From positions 1 to 64,000 of the IMG/VR virus record IMGVR_UViG_3300030095_006531: a DNA stretch of 64,000 nt. One strand, given 5' to 3'. Numbering within the stretch: the stretch's first letter is position 1; every line of letters starts with the position of its first letter. The DNA is from a virus. Lineage: Duplodnaviria; Caudoviricetes. This document shows positions 45,191-54,434 of the stretch, piece after piece. The position numbers and the translations under genes were made by a program. The notes under the pieces are model-generated. The model was not told the DNA's origin. It ran no database searches and saw only the letters and a program-made list of their open reading frames with translations.

Positions 45191-46317
45191 CCAGGATTAT
45201 TAAATTTTTCAAAAATAATTTTATAGGCTGTTTCGCTTTCGTTTTTTCTTACTAAAGTTTGTGCTGTCGAGGTCAGATTTAAAATATCGGAATTATTAAG
45301 GATATTGGGCGACTCATTGTGTAATAATTGTATATAATATCCAACCCAAAAAGGATCGGGAAATTGTTCATTCATTTGAGCTTCAGTTATTAGTTCGCGT
45401 TCAATCATTTTTCTTAATGTTTTTTTGCACTTTCCATAATATTGATACATTTGGATATAAGGACTATCGGTGATAAAATTTAGATAAGATGAAAGTAAAA
45501 GATCTTTTATTAACTGTATTTCTGCGCTGTATGTCTTTATGTAATAATTTTGAAACACACTTTCAAAAGACTGGCTGTATTTTTGTAGGTATGGTTTCAT
45601 AAAAGGCGACTTAAGATCCGCAACCAAGCGCCAAGGAGCATTTTTATCTATTTTAAATCCATATTTTTGGGCTGCTTCAGTATAGCAAGTAAAGCATTCA
45701 TTTTTCATATAAAATAAAGACTTAACAGTATCATTACCATGATCTGCATTTGCCAGCTCAATCATAATCCCTGAAGATAAAGGAGATATTTCGCTTGTTA
45801 ATAGATAATTTGTTAATGTTAGTGGCATTTTGTGAGCAAAATTTCTCATGAACATTTCAAATTCCATTATGTAATCTTTAAACGTTACAATCTTTTCATC
45901 TCGTTTTTCAAGAGACAACCACTCTTCAATAAAGGCATTTATTATTTTGGCTGAATATGACTCCCATTTTAGCAGCGGATTATCATAACCTTTTCTCGCC
46001 AGTAATTCTTCAAATATACTACCTTCTGGATTTAACTTTTGTGTTAATATGTAATCCTGTCGCATATCTTCAAATGCGTCTGCAACAAAATCGAGAACAA
46101 ATAAGTTTTCACCTTCTTCAGAAGCCTCTATTCTTTTCATGACCGATGCTATTGGGTAGATTGTGGATCCATCCGGTGCAATTTTTCCATATAGTTTTTT
46201 TTCACTCCATAAATCAATAGGATTAATCTCAAAATTATAACCATTAGCTTGGTATAATGCTCTTTGATTAAACATGTTTTTAGCTCTTAAGCCATTTTTC
46301 CCATTGTAAGTTGGCAT
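45187..46317 (-). CDS. Hypothetical protein, probably baseplate-associated
   Basis: Position at the end of the tail operon. Confidence 0.6.
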   Translation of the reverse strand: MPTYNGKNGLRAKNMFNQRALYQANGYNFEINPIDLWSEKKLYGKIAPDGSTIYPIASVMKRIEASEEGENLFVLDFVADAFEDMRQDYILTQKLNPEGSIFEELLARKGYDNPLLKWESYSAKIINAFIEEWLSLEKRDEKIVTFKDYIMEFEMFMRNFAHKMPLTLTNYLLTSEISPLSSGIMIELANADHGNDTVKSLFYMKNECFTCYTEAAQKYGFKIDKNAPWRLVADLKSPFMKPYLQKYSQSFESVFQNYYIKTYSAEIQLIKDLLLSSYLNFITDSPYIQMYQYYGKCKKTLRKMIERELITEAQMNEQFPDPFWVGYYIQLLHNESPNILNNSDILNLTSTAQTLVRKNESETAYKIIFEKFNNPG

Positions 46318-48872
46318 TATTTACTGCTTATGTCCTTTTTCATATTATTTTGTGATGGTTTTTGGTTCCCTAATTTTGGTTTGATAGAACCTATTTGAGC
46401 ACTGTCTGGCTTTCCATAGACTGTTGTTGTATATCCTTGTCTCGTTACTGTATTAGTTGTTCTTGTCACTAGATAATAACCTGCTAATCCTATATATGAG
46501 GCCCATTCATATGCCGGAACTTCCCCTTTTAGTGATTTAGGTAAATTGCTTGGAACACCAAGCGAGCGAGGCTCTAAATATATATAATTGCCGTTTTGTA
46601 TAATGGGGTTTCCAAACATCTCAACATTACAATCGTACATTTGTGCCACGACCAAACTGTTTCCTGAACCGTCTGCGTGTCTAACTATATTTTCAGCCAC
46701 GAAAGATTGTGGTGTTTTGATCCTATTTAGTGTGATTTTTTTAACCAAACCAGAACTTCCACCTATTGTAAGTGTTGAAATGCTATTTTTTTCATTATAA
46801 AGACGTTTGGCGGATAGATCTCCTTTTTTAACTTTTAAGAAGTCAGGAGAAGAGACATTACCTTGGAGAACCATATATTCCTTAACATCGTTGCCCCTAT
46901 TTTCTTTAACAGATTCCCATCTTGCCTCCGCTATTTCTTCCAGAGTGATCCTTTTGTTTGTCCCTTTTTTCCATATTTCGTCTAAAGGATCGCCGTTAGG
47001 AATGTTAAATCTGTATATTGATGCACGACCTCTTTCCCCATCAAGTTTTCCACCGAATAAACACCCACTCATAGCTCTTGATACTAAATCACCACAAACA
47101 TCTCGAAGAAGTTGGGGTAAAGGATATGAGTCTTTTTGGGCTGCCCAAACATTTTCATTCCAAAAATTTTGAAATGTATTGAAAGAAATAGGTATATCAG
47201 CTAAACAAATACTATCAACTAAAGTTTCTTTTTCTTTGCCGCCAATTACTTGAATTGCCGAAATAGGGTTTTTAATTCTTGTAGTGCCCACAATTACCCT
47301 TATTTGATCCCACATCTTTTTTTCTAGATCATTTGCTTTATTGCCTGATTTATTAAGATTACAGTCGCTTTTGATTTCTGGTCTTTCGTGAATAATGGCA
47401 CAAGCCGCTTGAATCAGATCTCCTAAGAAAAAAAAGTTTAAACGATGTGGTGTATCTTTTTTTTTCTTGTTGTTTGAATATTTTTTACCCCAGTTTGCCT
47501 GGAAGTCTTTTCTTTCCTTTTCTCCCTGTAAGTTCGTTTTTTTCACTAGTGCAATAGCGTCTGAAACATACTGATCGGTTGTGGAGATTTCGGGAAGTTC
47601 GAGAGCATCATTTATTGTATCATACACCCTTTTAACTTTTTTGTTTTTTTCGTCCTGCTTTTGTTTGAGTTGAGCAGTGGTTATGGCTTTTTTGCCCTTA
47701 CCTTGTTCTATCTCTTTCGCGAATGTTTCTTTTAAATCTCCGTAAGCGTTGACAACATCTGCTGTGAGATCAATATAAAACAATCTGCCTCCAAGTTCAT
47801 CTCTGCTCCCCTTAAAGGTAAGAATATAATTTAACAATTGAGAGTATGCATCTTGTTCGGATACAGAATTTAAACCGTATAACCTTTGCTTCAAGCCATT
47901 TAAGGTGTTTTTATCCACTTCTTTATCTCGATCAGATATTAATTCTTCACCTTGTTGCTTCTTTTTAACGTCTTGTATTTGTCGGTTTATTCTAGATTTT
48001 TCGTTTTTAACAATTTGATCCTCCAGTGTAGTAGGGGATGTCAAAAACAAATCATATTCAACACTAGTTGGTGCTCTAAAATCCATGTTCCCTGTAAAAG
48101 TAGCTGCAAACTTAACTGAGCCGTCTTCAGCGAAATCCATCTCGTGCTTGTATACGTTCAATAAAAGAGTTTGTTTTAACGAGTTTACAAGATTTATCTG
48201 TTGTTGGGTAAAAATACTGTTTTGAGGATCGTCAGGGACTGAATACCCCACAACAACTTTAATTGGCCATGCAATGTTGGCGTCTTGAACATTTTGTTGT
48301 TGTTGGGACACATACTGATCTTTTGCTTGTTGGGCATGAATTAAATTAAAGAAACCATATTCAACTCCCTCTACAGTTCCTCTTTTCATGAAAAGCCCTT
48401 CGAGGCTTTGAAACCGCATCTTTAAACTACCTTCAAAGGAGCCAAAATTATCATTTTTGTTTTGATCAACCCATTGGATACTCTCAAAAGTAACATCAGT
48501 TCCGCGACCAGAAAAGCTCTTTGTAATAGATTCCAAAGATTGAACATCATTCAAGGGAAGTTGAGCATAAATTGGACCTTGATCGGTTCGTATGGTGACA
48601 TATATTTTTATTTGAGGAACTAGCAGTGATAATTGAGCTGTTGTGAAACTGTTAAACTCTAATTCTTGTGAATAGGGTGTACTAATTAATCGATTAACTT
48701 CGGCACCAGGTTCTCCGCTTAATTGTATAAAGTTCGGATAGTTTACTGGCACCATTATAGGTTCATCGGGCTTGCGATCAGCATTATATACCGTGTTTTG
48801 AAAAATATGAATAAAATCCATCAAAAATGCTTGGTCTGAAAATTCATAACCTTTGGTATTTTTGGTTCCCAT
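46317..48872 (-). CDS. Putative baseplate hub / gp27-like protein
   Basis: Follows LysM gene; C-terminal C.VEMFGNP....G.YIYL..G.Y.V pattern typical of hub proteins. Confidence 0.6.
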   Translation of the reverse strand: MGTKNTKGYEFSDQAFLMDFIHIFQNTVYNADRKPDEPIMVPVNYPNFIQLSGEPGAEVNRLISTPYSQELEFNSFTTAQLSLLVPQIKIYVTIRTDQGPIYAQLPLNDVQSLESITKSFSGRGTDVTFESIQWVDQNKNDNFGSFEGSLKMRFQSLEGLFMKRGTVEGVEYGFFNLIHAQQAKDQYVSQQQQNVQDANIAWPIKVVVGYSVPDDPQNSIFTQQQINLVNSLKQTLLLNVYKHEMDFAEDGSVKFAATFTGNMDFRAPTSVEYDLFLTSPTTLEDQIVKNEKSRINRQIQDVKKKQQGEELISDRDKEVDKNTLNGLKQRLYGLNSVSEQDAYSQLLNYILTFKGSRDELGGRLFYIDLTADVVNAYGDLKETFAKEIEQGKGKKAITTAQLKQKQDEKNKKVKRVYDTINDALELPEISTTDQYVSDAIALVKKTNLQGEKERKDFQANWGKKYSNNKKKKDTPHRLNFFFLGDLIQAACAIIHERPEIKSDCNLNKSGNKANDLEKKMWDQIRVIVGTTRIKNPISAIQVIGGKEKETLVDSICLADIPISFNTFQNFWNENVWAAQKDSYPLPQLLRDVCGDLVSRAMSGCLFGGKLDGERGRASIYRFNIPNGDPLDEIWKKGTNKRITLEEIAEARWESVKENRGNDVKEYMVLQGNVSSPDFLKVKKGDLSAKRLYNEKNSISTLTIGGSSGLVKKITLNRIKTPQSFVAENIVRHADGSGNSLVVAQMYDCNVEMFGNPIIQNGNYIYLEPRSLGVPSNLPKSLKGEVPAYEWASYIGLAGYYLVTRTTNTVTRQGYTTTVYGKPDSAQIGSIKPKLGNQKPSQNNMKKDISSK

Positions 48873-48873
48873 T

Positions 48874-49212
48874 TTACACCTCTGTTTGATCTAGCCATTC
48901 ATCAAGTGGAGTAGGTATGACAATTGTGTCTCCTATTTTAAGATGAGCTTCAGTTGGCGCACGATTAAACCATGCAATTACCCACCATAAACTAGAGTCA
49001 TTATAATATTGTTGAGCCAATTTATAGTAGCGATCTCCAACCTTCCACAAGTGAGAGATGCCGTTAATGTTTTTCATTTCTTTAGCGTCCAAATGTTTTA
49101 GTTTTGGGGTGAAATATTGACGAATAAATTTAACATCTCTTTCTTTAAAAAGATTATCATACTGGGTTGATGAATTTGTTCCTATCTCGGTTTTAGAATA
49201 TCTTGATGTCAT
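48874..49212 (-). CDS. LysM/tail X-like baseplate protein
   Basis: VGDRYYKLAQQYYNDSSLWWVIA.FN..LKIGDTIVIP. Confidence 0.85.
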   Translation of the reverse strand: MTSRYSKTEIGTNSSTQYDNLFKERDVKFIRQYFTPKLKHLDAKEMKNINGISHLWKVGDRYYKLAQQYYNDSSLWWVIAWFNRAPTEAHLKIGDTIVIPTPLDEWLDQTEV

Positions 49213-50000
49213 TCGTTCTCTCCCGTTATTTTGTTTTTGTCTTTCTGATCAAGAGATGGGTTTGGTTTGTTATTTTCTGCTATGAGTGTTGGGGTTGGAC
49301 TTCCTGCGATAAGCTGTCCATAGGGAAAATTTGGTGCTTGTGGTGAATGATAATTCAATGAACCTTTTTGGAGTTTAATTTCACTGAATTTCCAACCCAA
49401 TTTGTGTTGATGAATGATTGTCAAGTTCGTAGTGATTGTACAAACTTTTGGGTAAAGAACATTTTTGTTTTTTCCATTTTTTTCACGCGCTGTAAAAACA
49501 CCTGGCTCTAATGTTGGTTGATATGCAAAACCTTGGCAAGCACATACAAGCCCCATTCCATTTTCAGAATCTTGTGCCCAATTCATAAATTTGACTTTAA
49601 GTAAAGGAGCTGCTTTAATTGTTTGTGGACCGGAATCTCCCTCGAATGTAGGATACAGCATCTGAGCCAATGTTGAAATTCTAGATAAATTTTGTTTTGC
49701 TTCCGTTAAATCACCAGCTACAACATCAAAGCCCAAAGTCATTGTCCTTTTTGTAGATTCAAACTGCATAACATCATCCATTCGTCCATAACCAGAGTGA
49801 GCATTCCACCTAGAGCTGTATTGGTCCTGGAAATTCTTTAAAAAGGCTTTAAATGTGACGCGAGTTCCAGTTGGAACATGTTCAAATGTAATAACCTGCC
49901 CGAGGCCGCGAGCCAACGCCTCGGTTTGGTCAACATAGCTTCCTTGAATGTTCCTGAAAAAATCAGCTAGTGCTCCTGGTCCTCTATCATTATCAGCCAT
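49209..50000 (-). CDS. Tail tube initiator / baseplate protein (gp48/54-like)
   Basis: FKAFL..FQDQY...W..GRMD..R...LGFDV..APL; synteny after TMP. Confidence 0.65.
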   Translation of the reverse strand: MADNDRGPGALADFFRNIQGSYVDQTEALARGLGQVITFEHVPTGTRVTFKAFLKNFQDQYSSRWNAHSGYGRMDDVMQFESTKRTMTLGFDVVAGDLTEAKQNLSRISTLAQMLYPTFEGDSGPQTIKAAPLLKVKFMNWAQDSENGMGLVCACQGFAYQPTLEPGVFTAREKNGKNKNVLYPKVCTITTNLTIIHQHKLGWKFSEIKLQKGSLNYHSPQAPNFPYGQLIAGSPTPTLIAENNKPNPSLDQKDKNKITGENE

Positions 50001-50050
50001 TATTCTTGTCCTCTCTTAGTATATATGAGGAAAACAAAAAATACGTTTTA

Positions 50051-52453
50051 TTATCCTGAAACGTCATAATTGTTGCCAAACAACACTCTCCCTACTTTTT
50101 CACCATCTAGATAAATGTTGCCCTTATCATTGTTCGAGCCAGGATTCATACCGTTATTGTTCATCAGTGAAGCTGCCATTACAAAGGCATTTCCTGATGG
50201 TGCATAAATAAGACCTTCGTCTTGTCGAAATCTTGTGGGGGTCATTGATTGTACATTTCCACCAGAGTGTCTGTTTTCTCTAATTGCATCCAAGATGTCA
50301 GACTTGCTTGTAAGATCGCCTACACCCATAGCACTCAAAGCTTGACCAACCGCAGTCATTTGAAGGTCGTTCGAACTTCTTCCCGCTTTTAATTCTGAAA
50401 TAAAATCATTTACTGCCTGTAACCCACCAAGTTTCGCGTTATTCGCTGCAAGCTGTCCAGCAAATTCTTGGTCGAAAGCTTTGATGCCTGCGAATTCCAG
50501 TGCCTCATCAGGGATAAAACGCCCGAGGCCACCTGCCGCGCTATTTCTTTCTGTATTTATAAATTCCCCTAAAATACCACCATATCTATCTGATAATTTG
50601 ACTTCAAAGGATGTCAAAACAGAATCGATAATACCATCAACCTCTTTCTTTATAGCCTCTCCAATCGCGCCAAAAAGAGATTTTGATTCTCCACCTTCTT
50701 TGTTATATTTTTCAAAGAAATTACCAACACTCGTCAATCCTTCTTTAATTTTTCCAATAAAATTTGTCCAAGTATTGAGTAATCCATCAGTAACAGCTTT
50801 TGAGTTGTTGAGTGGACTGTTGGTTCCACTAAAAAGATTTCTTATGGCAGTATACAGTTCTTTAACGGGTTTAATCCAATCCTTTAGTGGACCTTCTTTT
50901 GAGTATTTATCCAAAAAACCGGTAATACTTTTGTCCAACTTAATAAACTGATTTGCCAGTGAATTTACAAGGCCGGGAACACCTGTGTTTTCGTCCCAAT
51001 TAGTTAGAAGCCATGTAGTCACTGCAACTAAGCCAGTTGCAGGTGACGTGAATAATTCTAAAAGAGGCATCATTGCCTTCTTTAACCCACTAACTGCAAA
51101 TGATGTGGCAGTCATTTTAAGGGCAAATATTCCAAAACTTTTAATCTGGTCTTTTAGTTCAGGGCTAAAACCTTTGTACAGGTTTGTGACACTTTCAATA
51201 CCAGACGCAAATGATGACAGGACTGTAGTAATGGCTTTACCGCCTGATCCAGACATCATAAAACTAGCAAATTCTTGCATTATTGGAAGAAACTTGCTTC
51301 CGATTATCCTACTTGCGCTCTCAAAAAATGCTTGGAATCTTTCTGCAATTGTGACACCTTTTTCGATGGCTTTGTTTAAGTTTATCTGTGCGCGTTGTTG
51401 CGGACTCATCTTTTCCACTACTCTATCTATAGCTGATTGGTTTGCTCCTAATTCTCGATACATTTCTGCCATGTCTTTAAAACCAAACGCTCTCATCAAA
51501 TCTTTTTGACGGAATCTGCTGAATTGGTCAATGGATTTTCCACTAAGCCTAATAGAGTCTCTTAACAAATCTATTCTTTCGGCCTCATCAGCTTTCAACA
51601 TTTTAATGCTGTTAAGATAAGGGCCACCCAATAACATGTTCAATTTACCAACTTTTTCTGCACCTGATTCAAACTCATCAAAGTCTTCGGTAATAGCTAC
51701 AAGACGACTCATTTCAGTTCCTGTTGCCTTAGATTGAGCTGCCAATTTCAAAAAAATATTTTCTGCTCCCTTTCCATATCTGATAAGATTCGGCATTACC
51801 GAATTATAGTCCGCAATCATACGTTTTGGTGCAATCCCGGCAGAAAGAGCAGCTTTAGTGATTCTGTCTTGAGTCTTAATCATGTCTGTTTGGCTCATAT
51901 TTAGGGCTTTGCCCAATAATTGAAATTGTTTTGCAGTATCTCCACTACTTATTCCAAGTTTTTCCATTTGAAGTGCTTGTCTGGCAAGTGTTTTTTGCAC
52001 TTTTGGCCCCAACAAAGAAAAATCACTAAAACCTTCGTTCAACTCGATAAAAGAACTTTTAACCTCGTCGGTGTTGACACCAAGCCCCACTAAAGCACCT
52101 TGAAGACTAAGCACACTAGAGGCGTATTGATCTGATTGTCCGGTTGCTCTTTGTAATTCTGCCCTTACACTATCAATTTGACCTGCTGCGTCAGAAAATG
52201 ACTTAAACCAACCTCCACCACTTCCCATGACACCTGCCAAACTTTGGGCATTCTTGTCAAAGGTGTCAAAGCTTTTTGTAACTGTATCAACAGCTCTTTT
52301 GAGGTTGTCTATAACGTTTGTAAGACCTTCAATACCAGCAGTTGTGGATGCGACTGCGGCTCCGGTGCCAGGTGCAATTTGCCCTGCTGCTGCTCCGGCA
52401 AGCGCAGCTCGACCAGCAGCGCCGAGTAGTCCTGGGTTTATTGGGTCAGCCAT
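50051..52453 (-). CDS. Tape measure protein
   Basis: 800 aa helical A/G/L-rich ORF after the tail chaperones. Confidence 0.82.
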   Translation of the reverse strand: MADPINPGLLGAAGRAALAGAAAGQIAPGTGAAVASTTAGIEGLTNVIDNLKRAVDTVTKSFDTFDKNAQSLAGVMGSGGGWFKSFSDAAGQIDSVRAELQRATGQSDQYASSVLSLQGALVGLGVNTDEVKSSFIELNEGFSDFSLLGPKVQKTLARQALQMEKLGISSGDTAKQFQLLGKALNMSQTDMIKTQDRITKAALSAGIAPKRMIADYNSVMPNLIRYGKGAENIFLKLAAQSKATGTEMSRLVAITEDFDEFESGAEKVGKLNMLLGGPYLNSIKMLKADEAERIDLLRDSIRLSGKSIDQFSRFRQKDLMRAFGFKDMAEMYRELGANQSAIDRVVEKMSPQQRAQINLNKAIEKGVTIAERFQAFFESASRIIGSKFLPIMQEFASFMMSGSGGKAITTVLSSFASGIESVTNLYKGFSPELKDQIKSFGIFALKMTATSFAVSGLKKAMMPLLELFTSPATGLVAVTTWLLTNWDENTGVPGLVNSLANQFIKLDKSITGFLDKYSKEGPLKDWIKPVKELYTAIRNLFSGTNSPLNNSKAVTDGLLNTWTNFIGKIKEGLTSVGNFFEKYNKEGGESKSLFGAIGEAIKKEVDGIIDSVLTSFEVKLSDRYGGILGEFINTERNSAAGGLGRFIPDEALEFAGIKAFDQEFAGQLAANNAKLGGLQAVNDFISELKAGRSSNDLQMTAVGQALSAMGVGDLTSKSDILDAIRENRHSGGNVQSMTPTRFRQDEGLIYAPSGNAFVMAASLMNNNGMNPGSNNDKGNIYLDGEKVGRVLFGNNYDVSG

Positions 52454-52461
52454 CTAGTATA

Positions 52462-52731
52462 TTACCTCAGAGGCCAATCGATTTTCATTGTTTGTTCAAA
52501 CTTATCGACTTGTCGTTCCAAAGATGATCTTTCTTTTTCTGTTCTTGGATGCTCTGAACCATACTGTTGGAATGCTTCTAAGTATCTTTTTTCTTGCACC
52601 AACGTCCTCGTCAAAAGGTCTAACTGTTCTTGTGTTCCTTTAATTGACACAGGAGCAACATCTGCACCCATCATCGCTTTTAAGATATTTTTAATGTTTT
52701 CAGAAAAATTAATTACCTGTTCATCTTTCAT
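52462..52731 (-). CDS. Hypothetical protein
   Basis: Start moved to ATG 52731 (GAGG); the longer ORF-track start overlaps the promoter motif. Confidence 0.6.
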   Translation of the reverse strand: MKDEQVINFSENIKNILKAMMGADVAPVSIKGTQEQLDLLTRTLVQEKRYLEAFQQYGSEHPRTEKERSSLERQVDKFEQTMKIDWPLR

Positions 52732-52749
52732 GATGTAAACCTCACAAGA

Positions 52750-52757
52750 TAAATAGT
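52750..52757 (-). promoter_or_regulatory. ACTATTTA putative late promoter
   Basis: Intergenic motif. Confidence 0.6.
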
Positions 52758-52774
52758 TCATTCAAAAAATAAAA

Positions 52775-52793
52775 AACCTCCACAAGGGAGGTT
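52775..52793 (-). terminator. Rho-independent terminator
   Basis: aacctcc/ggaggtt stem plus U-run. Confidence 0.7.
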
Positions 52794-52801
52794 CTAAAGT
52801 A

Positions 52802-53018
52802 TTAACGACCTCTCACATTTCCTCTTTGAGAGGCTTGAGAGGCTTTTTCCATTTGTTCTTGTTCTCGCTTGAATTCTTTGCCGATTCTTTCTACCCACCA
52901 CTCTCTTAATTTAATGGGTAAACTATAGGCTTCGGCGAAACTCCAACCACCATAGTGTTTTAAATAGAATAAATGTTCATACACATATTCTATATACTTA
53001 TCACTTAGGCCAAAAAAA
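52802..53018 (-). CDS. Tail assembly chaperone frameshift extension (GT-like)
   Basis: Frame open from the T7 tract: FGLSDKYIEYVYEHLFYLKHYGGW... Confidence 0.7.
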
Positions 53019-53831
53019 GTTGGTTGAGAACGGGATGTTTACGTCATTTTCAGCGCCACAATTTTGACACTCAAACTCGCAACTCATGTCTACGTCTGGA
53101 CGGGCGCGATCATATTCTTTACGAAGATGACTGGCGTCCATTGCAGGCATTACATCAACAAATTCCTCAACCTTACTCCTTTCTGTTACTCCATTCAAAG
53201 ATACAATAATCATTTTATATTGATCTGTCATAGTTGTGTCTGTTAGATTCATTTTATTTCTTTTTTCTGCTCTGCGGAGCAGCTCGGCTTCATCTTTTCC
53301 GGTTAATAGGCAACATTCTGCTACAACACCTGTTTTAGGCAGTGTAATGTAAAATGTTCCGTGTTCAGAGAACTCAATGTCTTCTGGTGTTTCTTTTGTT
53401 TGTAGAGCGGAAAGATCATACGATTGCTCGCTCTTGTGACCGCACTCCTCACATATAACATGTGCGTCATAGTTTTCACCAAAACCACTGATTCGGGCGG
53501 CAACGACTAGAGCGTTTTTGTCGCCTGTAAAAATCTCGTTTGCTTTAATGTTTTTATCAACAACAAGACTTTCTATCATCCTGTCAATTGCAATTCCCTT
53601 TTTTAAAAGTGATTTTGATGTTAAAATATCTGTTTCTTTTGCGCTCATATAGCGCATCTCTACTTGTTCCACATTATGTAGTGGATGGTCTGGGGGATAG
53701 AATTTTCCTTTTGTTGGAATTGGTACAAATTCTGTTGGTATTACAAAGTTAAGTAATGAATTTGTACTTTCAGAAGACGATGATTCATCTTCTTTACGAA
53801 CCCCCAAACGAGATTCATTGTTTCGTGGCAT
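53001..53831 (-). CDS. Tail assembly chaperone / gp26-like baseplate hub protein
   Basis: VPIPTKGKFY, EMRYMSAKETDIL, two CxxC pairs, ends NFFWPK. Confidence 0.78.
   Translation of the reverse strand: MPRNNESRLGVRKEDESSSSESTNSLLNFVIPTEFVPIPTKGKFYPPDHPLHNVEQVEMRYMSAKETDILTSKSLLKKGIAIDRMIESLVVDKNIKANEIFTGDKNALVVAARISGFGENYDAHVICEECGHKSEQSYDLSALQTKETPEDIEFSEHGTFYITLPKTGVVAECCLLTGKDEAELLRRAEKRNKMNLTDTTMTDQYKMIIVSLNGVTERSKVEEFVDVMPAMDASHLRKEYDRARPDVDMSCEFECQNCGAENDVNIPFSTNFFWPK
53012..53018 (-). other. Programmed ribosomal frameshift site (U7; +1 or -2)
   Basis: AAC TTT TTT TGG links to the downstream ORF frame. Confidence 0.7.
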
Positions 53832-53859
53832 ATATACCTCTTGTAGTTCCTTTTATTTA

Positions 53860-54396
53860 TTAACCGCTGAAGCCAGTAGGGTAGTTTCGAGGAGGATTAA
53901 CCGTGGTCAAACCTGCATTATCGTAGCTCAGTGAAATTTCAACATTTAGAATATCTTCACTGTCATACGACAACTGCCCGAAATCGGCAGACTCAATCCA
54001 AGCATTTTTTAATCGCCAAGACTCTATCACATCACCCTCTGCGTTAATAGTTTGTATCTGTACTGATTGTAACGCATTTACGGCTGATTTTTTAGAAATT
54101 GTTTGAAATGAATTTACTGCTGGCAAATTATACCCTGATGCGTCCAAAAGAGCCATCAGTTTGGCTGAACCGTTGTCTTCATCTCCAACCGTATCAACAA
54201 TCGTGAAGTTAATTGGGTTCCAAGTTGTTCTTCCTGGGTAGTAAAAAGTGTGATTAAGATACTGGTGTTGCGATTTACCAATCGTGAAAGATGGTTTTTT
54301 TACACTCTTAATAATATATTGCGGAAAGCCTGGAATGCTTAAGATAAACCTATAACCGCGTTTAGGTTCTACGTCTGTTGTTTGCCAAAATGCCAT
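53860..54396 (-). CDS. Tail tube protein (gp19-like)
   Basis: EPKRGYRF, KKPSFT, YYPGR..WNPI.FT, W.LKNAW, FG.LSY, LSYD. Confidence 0.88.
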   Translation of the reverse strand: MAFWQTTDVEPKRGYRFILSIPGFPQYIIKSVKKPSFTIGKSQHQYLNHTFYYPGRTTWNPINFTIVDTVGDEDNGSAKLMALLDASGYNLPAVNSFQTISKKSAVNALQSVQIQTINAEGDVIESWRLKNAWIESADFGQLSYDSEDILNVEISLSYDNAGLTTVNPPRNYPTGFSG

Positions 54397-54413
54397 TTGT
54401 TATTCTCCTTTTG

Positions 54414-54421
54414 TAAATAGT
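54414..54421 (-). promoter_or_regulatory. ACTATTTA putative late promoter
   Basis: Between sheath and tube genes. Confidence 0.6.
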
Positions 54422-54434
54422 GCCCTTTTTTATT

